Under the pieces are notes generated by a model, which saw only the letters and a program-made list of their open reading frames with translations, was not told the origin of the DNA and did no database searches. Shown piece after piece: positions 39,615 through 50,000 of a stretch of DNA of 58,582 nucleotides. The stretch covers positions 1 to 58,582 of the forward strand of contig JALHTW010000230.1 of the NCBI GenBank assembly GCA_022866045.1, given 5' to 3'. Origin of the DNA: Candidatus Aminicenantes bacterium. Lineage in GTDB: Bacteria; Acidobacteriota; Aminicenantia; Aminicenantales; UBA4085. A program made the translations under genes and the position numbers. The number at the start of each line of letters is the position of its first letter. The stretch's first letter is position 1.

Positions 39615-39768
39615 GCAATTCTTTTTCCGGGGCGCCGGAGAGTCGAGCAGGGGTGGCGCGGCGAAGGGGCTCCCCGCCCGCGCGGAGCGGCCTGGCCGCG
39701 AGCACGGCCGGGGAAGAGCCGCGACAGGACCCCGCCCGAAATTGGCCTGACACCGGAAAAAGAATTGC
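39615..39768 (-). repeat. 154-bp structured repeat, copy 2 (inverted relative to copy 1)
   Basis: GCAATTCTTTTTCCGG...CCGGAAAAAGAATTGC perfect 16-bp TIR; about 94% identical to the reverse complement of 31592-31745. Confidence 0.85.
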
Positions 39769-39783
39769 TTACGCATGCCATGT

Positions 39784-39812
39784 TTGACTTTTTACGGGCC
39801 TCTTCTTACTAT
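39784..39812 (+). promoter_or_regulatory. sigma70-type promoter for tsaC
   Basis: TTGACT-17 nt-TACTAT. Confidence 0.6.
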
Positions 39813-39840
39813 GGACGTGCCGGAGGGTGCCTGATAGCCG

Positions 39841-40473
39841 ATGAAAACCCGCTTTTTAAAAATTGACCGAGAAAGCTTAGGGCTGGCCGAGCTCAGGCTG
39901 ATTTCCGGTGTCCTCCGAAACGATGGTGTCATGGTCTGTCCGACGGAGACATTTTACGGCCTGGGTGTCTTGGCTTTTTCGGAAAACGCCGTAAAAAAAG
40001 TCTACCGCCTGAAGGAACGCGAACTGGGAAAGCCTCTCTCGGTCGTCATCGCGGATATCGCCATGGCGGAGGAGATCGCGGCCGTGCTTCCGCCGCTCTT
40101 TTGGACACTCAGCCGCGAATTCTGGCCGGGGCCTTTGACCTTGGTCGTCAAGGCTAGACCGCTTTTCCCAAAGGAAATGCTGGGTCCGGGCGGCTCGCTT
40201 GCGATGCGCATTCCGGATGCGCCCTGGCTGAGAGACCTCATCCGGTATCTCAACGCGCCCATAACAGCGACGAGCGCCAATCTTTCGGGGACAGGCGAGA
40301 TCTCTAGACCTGAGGACATTATCGAGATATTCAAAGGGAAGGTTGACCTCATCATGGACGGAGGTCGGACGGCCGGCGGCTTGCCTTCGACGATCGTGGA
40401 TTTGGCTTCAGATCAACCCCGGCTTCTCCGGGCAGGAGCCGTTCCCGTCTCCCGCCTCCAAAAATATCTTTAG
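39841..40473 (+). CDS. tsaC: L-threonylcarbamoyladenylate synthase (short YrdC/TsaC type)
   Basis: PTETFYGL, K.R...KPL, WPGPLT, TSANLSG, STIVD. Confidence 0.9.
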   Translation: MKTRFLKIDRESLGLAELRLISGVLRNDGVMVCPTETFYGLGVLAFSENAVKKVYRLKERELGKPLSVVIADIAMAEEIAAVLPPLFWTLSREFWPGPLTLVVKARPLFPKEMLGPGGSLAMRIPDAPWLRDLIRYLNAPITATSANLSGTGEISRPEDIIEIFKGKVDLIMDGGRTAGGLPSTIVDLASDQPRLLRAGAVPVSRLQKYL

Positions 40474-40481
40474 CTGGAAAG

Positions 40482-42440
40482 CTATTTGACTTTGGTGCCG
40501 GGGGGCACGTCGCCTTCGAAGAAGGGGATGATGGCTTTATCGTCCAAGACCGCGGCCAGGAGCATGCCCTGGGATTCGATGCCGCGGATGACGGCCGGCT
40601 TGAGGTTGACGATGACAATAAGCCGTTTTCCGACCAATTCTTCCGGCTTGTAGGTCTCGGCGATTCCGGCGACGATCTGCCGCTGTTCCGTGCCGATGTC
40701 GATCTGGAGCTTGATCAGCTTCTGGGCCCCTTCGACCTTTTCGGCCTTCAGGACAAGGGCCACGCGCAGGTCCATTTTCTTAAATTCATCGAATGAAATA
40801 TAGTCCATGATTCCCTCCGTTTTTGGCGATGACGATGGGGCGGTTTGTTTCGCCTCTTCTCGCTTTGCCTCCTCGGCTAAAAATTCCTTGAGGTCAACCC
40901 TGGGAAACAAAGGCGTCGGCTCTTTCATCGTTTGCCCGACCGCAAGGCCGTCAAAGTCGAGCTCGGAATAGAGCCGGCTTTGAATCGGTTCTTTCTCACC
41001 CAAGAATTCCCAGACTTTCTGGGCCGATGCGGGCATGACCGGAAACACCAGATAGCTCACGCCCCGGATAGCGGCCGCGGCCTGATAGAGAACGCGGGCG
41101 AGGCGCGGTCTTTGCCCCGGGTCCTTGGCCAGTTTCCAGGGCTCATTGTCGGCAAGATATTTGTTCACGGCGTTGATATACGCCCAAATTTCTTCGAGCG
41201 CTCTGTTCACGGCGGTGCCGTCGTAATGAGCATAAACGATTTCTTTCAGGCCGGTGAAATCTTGGCGAATCTTCCGGTCGTTCTCTCGCTCCTCGCCCCG
41301 TTCCGCGAGCGTTCCATGGAAATAGCTGCGGACCATGGTCAGCGTCCGGTGGACGAGGTTCCCCAGATCGTTCGCTAAATCGGAGTTAACCCTGTGGACG
41401 AAGCCCTCATGAGAGAAATTCCCGTCATTTCCGATCGGAATTTCCCGGAGCAGGAAGTAGCGCAGCGGATCGGGCCCGAAGGCATTGATGATGACGTACG
41501 GATCCAGCACATTGCCCTTGGACTTGGACATCTTGGTGTCGTCCTTGAGCCACCAGCCGTGGCCAAAGACGCATCCGGGCAGAGAGAAACCTCCGGCCAT
41601 GAGAAATGCCGGCCAGAAGATGGCGTGGAAACGCAGGATGTCCTTGCCGATGAGATGGACCGTGGCCGGCCAATATTTTTCAAAGCGCTCGAGGTCCCAA
41701 TCGTATCCGATCCCCGTCAGATAATTATGGAGCGCGTCGAACCAGACGTAAATGGAATGGGCGGGATCGCCCGGCACCGGGATTCCCCACTTGACCGACG
41801 TCCGGGTGATGCTCAGGTCTTTGAGTCCGCCCCTCACGAAGCTCACGACCTCGTTCATCCGGACCTGGGGGCGGACGAAGTTCGGGTTCCGCTCGTAGAA
41901 ATCGAGAAGGGGCTGCTGGTAGGCCGACAGCTTGAAGAAATAGGTCGATTCTTTGACGATCGCCGCTTTAACGTTGCATTCGGGGCAGATCTTGTGTCCT
42001 TCTTTCTCTAAAGGAACATCTTCAGCCAGAAAATGCTCGTTCGAAACGCAATACCAGCCCTGGTACGTGCCCTTGTAGATGTCGCCCTTATCGAGCAGCT
42101 TCTTAAAGAGCTTCTGGACTCCCTGCTCGTGAAAGGCTTCTGTCGTGCGGATGAAAAAGTCGGGCTCGATACGGAGCGCCTGCCACAGGTCTTTGAACCG
42201 GACTACGACCCTGTCGGCCAGTTCGATGGGCGTCAGGCCTTTTTTGACTGCCGCCTTCTCCACTTTCTGGCCGTGCTCATCCGTTCCCGTGAGGAAAAAC
42301 ACATCGTATCCGGCCAGCTTTTTGAACCGGGCGAGCGTGTCGGCGATGATCGTCGTGTAGGCGTGTCCGATGTGGGGCACATCGTTGACGTAATAGATCG
42401 GCGTCGTGATGTAGAAAGTTGGCTTAGACTTCTTTGCCAC
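40482..42440 (-). CDS. metG: Methionine--tRNA ligase with C-terminal tRNA-binding (Trbp111-like) domain
   Basis: HIGH, GTDEHG, IGKDI, KMSKS, C-terminal ESQGMLL OB fold; GTG start overlapping folE. Confidence 0.96.
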   Translation of the reverse strand: MAKKSKPTFYITTPIYYVNDVPHIGHAYTTIIADTLARFKKLAGYDVFFLTGTDEHGQKVEKAAVKKGLTPIELADRVVVRFKDLWQALRIEPDFFIRTTEAFHEQGVQKLFKKLLDKGDIYKGTYQGWYCVSNEHFLAEDVPLEKEGHKICPECNVKAAIVKESTYFFKLSAYQQPLLDFYERNPNFVRPQVRMNEVVSFVRGGLKDLSITRTSVKWGIPVPGDPAHSIYVWFDALHNYLTGIGYDWDLERFEKYWPATVHLIGKDILRFHAIFWPAFLMAGGFSLPGCVFGHGWWLKDDTKMSKSKGNVLDPYVIINAFGPDPLRYFLLREIPIGNDGNFSHEGFVHRVNSDLANDLGNLVHRTLTMVRSYFHGTLAERGEERENDRKIRQDFTGLKEIVYAHYDGTAVNRALEEIWAYINAVNKYLADNEPWKLAKDPGQRPRLARVLYQAAAAIRGVSYLVFPVMPASAQKVWEFLGEKEPIQSRLYSELDFDGLAVGQTMKEPTPLFPRVDLKEFLAEEAKREEAKQTAPSSSPKTEGIMDYISFDEFKKMDLRVALVLKAEKVEGAQKLIKLQIDIGTEQRQIVAGIAETYKPEELVGKRLIVIVNLKPAVIRGIESQGMLLAAVLDDKAIIPFFEGDVPPGTKVK

Positions 42441-43029
42441 CGGGCATTCCTCCTCTGATCAAAGAGATCGCCTCGGCGCGCGTAACGGCGCTCGTCCGAA
42501 ACGAGCCCCGGACGGCCGACGTCACGGTGATGGACTTCGGTTTCTTTGCGCCTCGCATGGACATGCACATGTGCTCCGCTTCGATCACGACCATCACGCC
42601 AAGGGGCCTGAGGTGCTCGTTGATCAGGTCGGCGATCTGCTTGGTCAGGCGCTCCTGGACCTGCAGCCGCCGCGACAGATTGTCCACGACCCGGGCGATT
42701 TTGCTCAGACCGACGATCCGGCCTCCCTTGGGAATATAGGCCACGTGGGCCACCCCGGCGAAGGGGAGCATATGGTGCTCGCACATCGAGTAGAGAGGAA
42801 TGTTTTTGATCAGGACCATTTCGTCGTGTTTTTCGTTCTGGATGACGCGGAGGTATTTTTCGGGTTTTTCCGTGATCCCGCCGAGGATCTCGGCGAACAT
42901 ATGGGCCACCCTCTGCGGGGTCGTCTTGATCCCGGGCCTTTCGGGGTCTTCGCCCACCCCTTCCAGAATGAGGCGGACTCCTTTTTCGATCTTTTCGAGG
43001 TCCAGCGTTTGGGTTTTCTTTTTCACCAT
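42424..43029 (-). CDS. folE: GTP cyclohydrolase I (type IA)
   Basis: [33 protein letters not shown]. Confidence 0.95.
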   Translation of the reverse strand: MVKKKTQTLDLEKIEKGVRLILEGVGEDPERPGIKTTPQRVAHMFAEILGGITEKPEKYLRVIQNEKHDEMVLIKNIPLYSMCEHHMLPFAGVAHVAYIPKGGRIVGLSKIARVVDNLSRRLQVQERLTKQIADLINEHLRPLGVMVVIEAEHMCMSMRGAKKPKSITVTSAVRGSFRTSAVTRAEAISLIRGGMPGGKEV

Positions 43030-43035
43030 CGTCGT

Positions 43036-44205
43036 TCAGCCTTTTTTAGAAAATTCCTTGAGCGCCAGGCGCAGGACATCCTTCACGGGGAGGCCTTTTT
43101 TGCGGGCGAGGTTCAGGCAGTCCGAGAATTCAGGCTGGACGTTGACCTCTTCCCTGCCGAGAGTCGAGATTTTGATCCCGACGGGCTCTCCCAGCAGCCG
43201 GATCTTCTTGATTGTCCGTTCCAGCGTCCGGCGCTCGACCGGAAAATACCGGACGCCGATCGAGCTCGTCTCCTTAAAAACGGCCGTGATCAGGCTGTCT
43301 ATTTTATCAAGCCCGGCCATGAGGGTCAATTTAGTCGCCAGGCGGTTCTTTTTCATGACGACGGGCGTGAAATAGACATCGAGAGCTCCGAGCTCAAAAG
43401 CGCGGTCCATGAAGGCGGCCAGAATTTGCGGGCTGGAATCGTCGATCGTCGCTTCGATGATAAAGACCTGCTTGTCCGGACAAAAAAGGGCTTTCTCCCC
43501 GTAAAAGGCGCGAAGGATGTTGGGCAGGCCTTGGAGGTCGCGCCTGCCGGCGCCGCAGCCGATCTTTTCATAGGTGAGTTCGGGGAAGGGGATGAATTTT
43601 TTGACGAGCGTTTTGACGATGGCCGCGCCGGTCGGGGTCACGAGTTCTTCTCGGGCGTGGGCGGAATAGACCGGGATGCCTTTAAGAAGCTCGCCGACAG
43701 CGGGCGGGGGAACAGGGAGGACGCCGTGGGACGTTTTTACCCAGCCTTCGCCGACATTAAGAGGTGAGCAGAAAAATTCGCCGATGTTCAGTTCTTCGGC
43801 CAGCCACAAACAGCCGAGGACATCGACCAGGGCGTCGTCGGCGCCGGCTTCGTGGAGGTGGGTATCCTCAAAGCGGCAGCCGTGGACTTTGGACTCGGCG
43901 GCAAAGAGATTCTTGAAGATGGCCAGGCCGCGGTCCCTAGCGGCCGGGGAAAAGCCGGACTTATTTATGAAGGCGGCGACGTCTTTCCATTTGCGGGGGT
44001 GGGATTTGTGCTTTTTGATATGAATATCGACCTTGAGTCCGCGGCAATGCGACCGCTCGGTTTTTTTGATCTCAATGCGGACAGGGAGCCTGAGCTCAGC
44101 CATTTTTGCCTTGAAGCGGGCGGGGGAGATCCCGAGGTCGAGCAAAGCGCCCAGAATCATGTCTCCGCTCAACCCGGCCTTGGCCTCGAAGTAGATGTAT
44201 TTCAT
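43036..44205 (-). CDS. larC: Nickel pincer cofactor biosynthesis protein LarC (single ORF)
   Basis: GLSGDMILGAL, AESKVHG, HLHE, PVPPPA, ELVTPTGAA, MKKNR. Confidence 0.9.
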   Translation of the reverse strand: MKYIYFEAKAGLSGDMILGALLDLGISPARFKAKMAELRLPVRIEIKKTERSHCRGLKVDIHIKKHKSHPRKWKDVAAFINKSGFSPAARDRGLAIFKNLFAAESKVHGCRFEDTHLHEAGADDALVDVLGCLWLAEELNIGEFFCSPLNVGEGWVKTSHGVLPVPPPAVGELLKGIPVYSAHAREELVTPTGAAIVKTLVKKFIPFPELTYEKIGCGAGRRDLQGLPNILRAFYGEKALFCPDKQVFIIEATIDDSSPQILAAFMDRAFELGALDVYFTPVVMKKNRLATKLTLMAGLDKIDSLITAVFKETSSIGVRYFPVERRTLERTIKKIRLLGEPVGIKISTLGREEVNVQPEFSDCLNLARKKGLPVKDVLRLALKEFSKKG

Positions 44206-44211
44206 CGTCGT

Positions 44212-44955
44212 TTATTCCTTTTGTAGTAACCCATCAATGGCCGGCAGGACTTCGCCCGCCTTGCCCAGCAAAGAGATATCGGCATAAGAGGTCAGCGGCG
44301 TCGGGGCGGGATTGATCTCGATGATTTTGGCTCCGTTCTCCGCCGCCCGGAGCGGAAGCGAAGCCGCGGGCTGGACGAAGGCCGAAGTGCCGATGACGAG
44401 CATGACGTCACAGCTTGCGCTCAGGCCAAAGGCGCGTCCAAGAAGATCCGCATCGAGCGACTCCCCGAACCAGACGACGTGCGGCCGGAGCATGGCCCCG
44501 CAGACAGGACAGGCGGGCGGGATCTCATTCAAGGGGACGGCATAATTCTCCGTCACGGCCTCTTCTTTCGTGCACCGGACTTTCCAGATGTTGCCGTGAA
44601 GTTCGAGAATATTTTTTGAGCCAGCCTTGGCATGGAGCCCGTCCACATTCTGGGTGATAAGGGTGAATTCGGGAAAAATTTCTTCCCACTTGGCCAATGT
44701 CCAATGGCCTCGGCTGGGCTCGACTTTGGCGATGATTCCCCGCCGCCAGTCATACCATTCCCAGACGAGCTTTGGGTCTCGGGCAAAGGCTTCCGGAGTG
44801 GCGAGCTCTTCGGCCCGGAATTGCTTCCAGAGGCCGTGTTCGCCCCGAAAGGTCGGGACTCCGGATTCGGCCGAGATGCCGGCTCCCGTAAGGACGGCGA
44901 TATGTCCGGAATCCCTAAGGATCTCCGCCGCGGTTTTGATGGCGTTTTTGTCCAT
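44212..44955 (-). CDS. cobB: NAD-dependent protein deacylase (sirtuin, class III-like)
   Basis: GAGISAESGVPTFRG, ITQNVDGLH, ELHG, RPHVVWFGE; WY.WRR specificity motif. Confidence 0.92.
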   Translation of the reverse strand: MDKNAIKTAAEILRDSGHIAVLTGAGISAESGVPTFRGEHGLWKQFRAEELATPEAFARDPKLVWEWYDWRRGIIAKVEPSRGHWTLAKWEEIFPEFTLITQNVDGLHAKAGSKNILELHGNIWKVRCTKEEAVTENYAVPLNEIPPACPVCGAMLRPHVVWFGESLDADLLGRAFGLSASCDVMLVIGTSAFVQPAASLPLRAAENGAKIIEINPAPTPLTSYADISLLGKAGEVLPAIDGLLQKE

Positions 44956-45082
44956 GGCCTAACTCTTCTAAAAACAATAGAATACCGTTTTTCGGGGGAA
45001 AAATCAAAGGAGGCGGGACGGCTGCTTACCTTGACTTAAGCGGGGATAAATTATATATCAGTACTTTAATCGAGGAGGACGG

Positions 45083-45973
45083 ATGGCTGCGAAAAAACGG
45101 GTGAAATTGCCCCAAGTTGAAATCGGAATTCTGGGAGGCACCGGACTGTATGAAATCGAAGGAATCGAAGGCCTCCAAAAATATAAAATCAAGACACCTT
45201 GGGGCGATCCTTCCGATGCTTACATCATCGGAACGCTCGCAGGCAGGCGCGTAGCCTTTCTCAGCCGCCACGGCCGCGGGCACCGCCTCCTCCCCATGGA
45301 CATCAATTACCGGGCCAATATCTACGGCTTCAAAATGCTCGGCGTCGAACGGATCATCTCGGTCAATTCGTGCGGCTCGCTCAAGGAAGAGATCCGGCCC
45401 CGCGACATCGTCTTCTCCGACCAGTTCTATGACCGGACGAGGCGGGCGAACACGTTCTTCGGCGGCGGCATCGCGGCCCACATCGGCTTCGCCCACCCGG
45501 TCTGTCCCGCGCTTTTGAAATTCCTGTATGAAACCTCCGCCGGGCTCGGGATCCGGGCCCACCTCGGCGGGACGTACATCTCGATCGAAGGCCCGGCCTT
45601 CTCGAGCCAGGCTGAATCCAAGATCTACCGGTCCTGGGGCTGCGACGTCATCGGCATGACGGCTGCCACCGAAGCCAAGCTCTGTCGTGAAGCTGAGATC
45701 TGCTATTCGACCATGAACCTGGTCACGGATTACGACGTCTGGCACGCCGAGGAAGAATCGGTGTCCGTGGGGCTCATCCTCGAGAACCTGGGCCTGAACA
45801 TTCACAATGCCAAGGCCATCATCAAGAAGGCGGTGGCGACGCTCCCGCCCTACAAAGAAGGCGCCTGCGATTGCCGCGACGCGCTGAAAAATACGATCGT
45901 GACAAATCCCGGGCTGATTCCCCAGGCAGTGAAAAAGAATTTAAAGCTGATCATAGATAGATATATAAAGTAA
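45083..45973 (+). CDS. mtnP: S-methyl-5'-thioadenosine phosphorylase
   Basis: GILGGTG, RHGRGH, NYRANI, EGPAFSS.AES, GMT, VTDYDVW. Confidence 0.9.
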   Translation: MAAKKRVKLPQVEIGILGGTGLYEIEGIEGLQKYKIKTPWGDPSDAYIIGTLAGRRVAFLSRHGRGHRLLPMDINYRANIYGFKMLGVERIISVNSCGSLKEEIRPRDIVFSDQFYDRTRRANTFFGGGIAAHIGFAHPVCPALLKFLYETSAGLGIRAHLGGTYISIEGPAFSSQAESKIYRSWGCDVIGMTAATEAKLCREAEICYSTMNLVTDYDVWHAEEESVSVGLILENLGLNIHNAKAIIKKAVATLPPYKEGACDCRDALKNTIVTNPGLIPQAVKKNLKLIIDRYIK

Positions 45974-46096
45974 GGGATGTCGCAGCCTGCGAAAAAAGGG
46001 CGAATTGAAGCGGCAGGGGTGTCGCCGGCCGGGGCTGATCGGCGACAGGATCTGTTCCTTGCTTCATTCGCATCATCCAGATGAGCGAGGACCATC

Positions 46097-46999
46097 ATGA
46101 GCTTAGTCATCGTTGGCTCGGTCGCTTTTGACACGATCGAAACGCCCTGGGAACGGAAGGAAAAGATCGTCGGCGGCTCGTGCACGTACTGTTCGCTCGC
46201 GGCCAGCTATTTCACCCGGCCCAAGATCGTCGCCGTGGTTGGAGAGGACTTTCCGAAGGACACGATCAGCTTTTTGAAGAAGCGGAACATTGACCTTCGA
46301 GGATTGAAGATCGTTCCCGGAGGCAAAACCTTTCACTGGCAGGGACGCTACGGCTACGACCCCAACCAGCGCGAGACGGTCAGGACCGATCTCAACGTCT
46401 TCGAGAATTTTCGGCCCGAGATCCCGGCGTCCTACAAAAAAGCCGACATCATCTTCCTGGCCAATATCGATCCCGATATCCAGGAAAATATCTTTCTCCA
46501 GGTTGAAAAGCCTAAGCTTGTGGCCATGGATACGATCGGCCTCTGGATCTCTAGCAAGCCCACGACGCTCCTCCGCGTGCTCAAGAGCGTGGATATTTTT
46601 TTCGTCAACGACGAGGAGATCCGGATGCTGACCAACGAGCGGAATCTCATCAGGGCCGGCAAAAAGATCCTCGGCATGGGGCCTTCCCTCGTCATCCTCA
46701 AGAAAGGGGAGCATGGCGCTCTGGTCTTCGGCCCGGACCTGCTTTTCGGCATCCTGGCCCATCCCTGCGAGGACGTCATCGATCCCACGGGAGCGGGCGA
46801 CAGCTTCGCCGGCGGATTTTTGGGCTATCTCGACAAGGTCCGAAGCTTCAGCAAAAGAGAGATCCGGCGGGCGGCCGTGTTCGGCAGCGTCATGGCCTCG
46901 TTCACCATCGAGGATTTCGGCATCGACCGCTTCAAGACGCTCAAGCCGGGAGAGATTCAAAGCCGTTTCGAGCATTTCAAGAAGTTGATTTCGTTTTAA
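46097..46999 (+). CDS. PfkB-family sugar/nucleoside kinase
   Basis: GSVAFDTI, GGS, DPTGAGDSFAGG. Confidence 0.88.
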   Translation: MSLVIVGSVAFDTIETPWERKEKIVGGSCTYCSLAASYFTRPKIVAVVGEDFPKDTISFLKKRNIDLRGLKIVPGGKTFHWQGRYGYDPNQRETVRTDLNVFENFRPEIPASYKKADIIFLANIDPDIQENIFLQVEKPKLVAMDTIGLWISSKPTTLLRVLKSVDIFFVNDEEIRMLTNERNLIRAGKKILGMGPSLVILKKGEHGALVFGPDLLFGILAHPCEDVIDPTGAGDSFAGGFLGYLDKVRSFSKREIRRAAVFGSVMASFTIEDFGIDRFKTLKPGEIQSRFEHFKKLISF

Positions 47000-47091
47000 A
47001 AAACAAAAACTATGGCGAGCCTTTTGGCCCTTTAATCTGGCAAGCGGAATCATCCCCTCGCTTTGAAATACAAGCCGCGGCAGTGAATATT

Positions 47092-50000
47092 CTACTTCTT
47101 CGGATAGGCCGGCCGGGGCGAAAAGCTGAACGGATTCTTCTTGATCTTGTCCAGGATGACTTCAATGGCCTTCTCGAGCTGGACGTCCCTTCCGGCCATC
47201 ACCGATGCCGGATCGTTGTCGATCAGCACATCGGGGTCGGCTCCGTGGTTCTCGACCAACCACTTGCCGTCGCGCCCGTAGAACGCGTTGTTCGACTGCT
47301 CGACATAGCCGTTATCGATGGTCGTCTGGCGGTTGAGGATGCCGACCAGGCCGCCCCATGACGTGACGCCGACGACCGTCCCGAGCTTGCGGGCCTTGAA
47401 GTCCTCGACGAACGCTTCGCCGTCCGAGCCGTTGTTTTCGTTCGAGATGACGACGTATGCCCCATTGCCGGCCGTGCCAGGGTAGCGGAAGGGCACCATG
47501 TTGCGCAACACATTGAAGGCCGTCAGCTCTCGCTCGAGCTTATCGATGAGGAAATATTCCGTCCATCCGCCCGAGTTGCGGCGCATGTCGATGATGAGGC
47601 CATCTTTGTAACGGAAGGCGCGCCAGAACTTGTCGAATTCGCCGATGCCTCCCGAGTTCATGGCATTGATGTGCATATAGCCCAGTTTGCCGCTGCTCGC
47701 TTTTTCGACCTTCTTGATGTTGTCCGAGAGCCAGCGGAAGTAGCGCAGGCTCGAGTCGCTGCGGATGGGCTCGATGTCGTAAGTCTTGGCGCCTTCGGCC
47801 GAAGGCTTGCTGTTGACCGTGATCTTGATTTTCTTGCCGGACGTTGTCTGAAGAAGCTTGAAATAATCGTCGCCGGCCTTCACCTCCGCGCTATGGATAG
47901 CGATCAGGTAGTGGCCCTCTTTGACGTCGATATCGGGGCGGACGAGCGGTCCCTGGAGACTAAGGTTAATCTCGGTCGGCCCATAAATCTTTTCGAACTT
48001 GTAGTAGCCGGCATTCTTGTCGGGAACGAGGTCCGCGCCGAGAAGTCCGGTGAAAACGGGTGCGGGTGGAGTGGCCTGGAGCCCCAGGTCGCCGCCGCCG
48101 ATGTATGTGTGCGAGACGCAGAGTTCGCCGACCATCTGGGAGAGGACCCAGTTCAGCTCGTCGCGGGAAGAAATCTGAGGGATGTAGGCGCGGTACCTGT
48201 CGCCCATCGCTTTCCAGTCGCGGCCGTGGAAGTTCGCGTCATAGAAGAAGTCCCGGTACCAGCGCCAGGCATCGCTGAAGATTTGGTTCCATTCCTTCTG
48301 CAGATCGACATCATAAGTCATGCCCGAAAGGTTAAGCCTTTCTCCCAAGGCTTTGGAAGCGAAGGCCTTGTCCACCGCCGAGACATAGATATCTTCGTTC
48401 TTGCGGATGATCAAGTGTTCGCCGTTCGCGGCGACATCGAACTCCCGGATCTTGTCGCTGAGCACGGTCTCTTTTTTCTCGGCCATGTCGAAGATGTGGA
48501 GGTTCCATTTCGTGGCGCCCCGGGGCTTGAAGATCTCCTCGTATTCGTCCTCGGTGAACTTCTCCACGGAGCACCAGATCGCCTTGCCCTTGCCGGCCTT
48601 CAGGAAGAAATAGTTGCCGGGAGCGGCGGGAACCGGGAAGGCGCGCTTCTGGATGCCTTCGATGTCGATCCGGAACGGTTCGGGCTCGATTTTCTTATCG
48701 GCCTTTTCGACCGGCGCGCCGTCCGTGAACGGCGGCTTTTCGCCGTCCCGGAGCTGGACGACCATGACCTGCTGCGGCGTCGCGATCACGTGATTGTCCT
48801 CGTAGAAGTCCATCTGGACGTCGAAGTTCCGGCTGGAGAGGAAATAGAGGTATTTTCCATTGGCGTCGAAGCAGGGGTTGAGGTTGTCGTAGAAATCGTC
48901 CGTGACAGCGTATTTTTTTTCTTGGGCCAGATTGTAGAGGAAGATCTGGCTGTTGCGGTTGTACTGGACGAAACTGTAGCAGATCCAGTTTCCGTCGGGC
49001 GACCAGCTGTAATCGCTGATCTCCCAGTAGAACTCGTCGTTCTTCATCTGGTTCGATTCATCCACCTTGACCAGCTTCTTCGTGGCGATATCGACATAAA
49101 AGATGGCGAAATCCTTATTGCCGAACAGGATCTTCTTGCCGTCCGGCGACCAGAGAAGGCGATAGACCGTCCGGTCAAGACTCGTCGTCAGCGGTGTCCA
49201 TTCGCCGCCCTCGGTCTTCTGCATATAAAGCTGGTAGTCGCCGCTCTTGTCCGAGAAGAAGGCGACGTATTTTCCGTCAGGGGAGACCGCCGGATACATC
49301 TCGCGGGTTCCGGGCGTGCGGGAGAGGTTATTCTGCGGCTCCTTGCCTGTCGGGACGGTGAAGACGTCGCCGCGGGCCTCGAGCACGGCCAGTCTGCCGT
49401 CGTTTGAGATGTTGATGTTATGGATATAATCCCGGGGATTAATGGTCCGAGGCCGGAGGGCCCAGCGGTCGGAGGGGATAAGGAGCTTGATCTTATTGGC
49501 CTGGCCCGTTTTGACATCGAGCCCACGGATATAGCCGTCCTGGACGAAGACGATGTTCTGGCCGTCGGTCGAAGGCATCATGACGTCGAAATCGGCATAG
49601 GTCGTGACCGGCTTGATATCCTTGGTCCCGATCTTCTGGCTATAAATATTGGAGATGCCGTTGCCCCGATCAGAAACAAAATACATCGTTTCGCCGATCC
49701 ACATCGGGTAGCTGTTTTTGCCGACGTAATCCGAAACGGGCGTGAACTTTTTCGTTCCGAAGTCATACATCCAGATGTCCTGGTACTGGCCGCCCTTGTA
49801 GCGCTTCCAATAATATTCCTCGTTGCCTCGGCGGCAGTAGAGGATCTTCTTTCCGTCCGGCGAGAAGCTGACAAGGACGCCCCGGTCGAGGGGGAACCGT
49901 TCCGGGGCAGAGCCGTTCCTGCTCACAAAATAGAGATTGGGATCGCGGCCGACGACGTTTTCGAACATGGAGCGGAAAACGACGCGCTCACCGTCCGGAG

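Noticed and set aside
39334-39781. Small ORFs overlapping the 154-bp repeat
   Set aside because: Incidental frames through a GC-rich repeat and promoter region; no coding signature.
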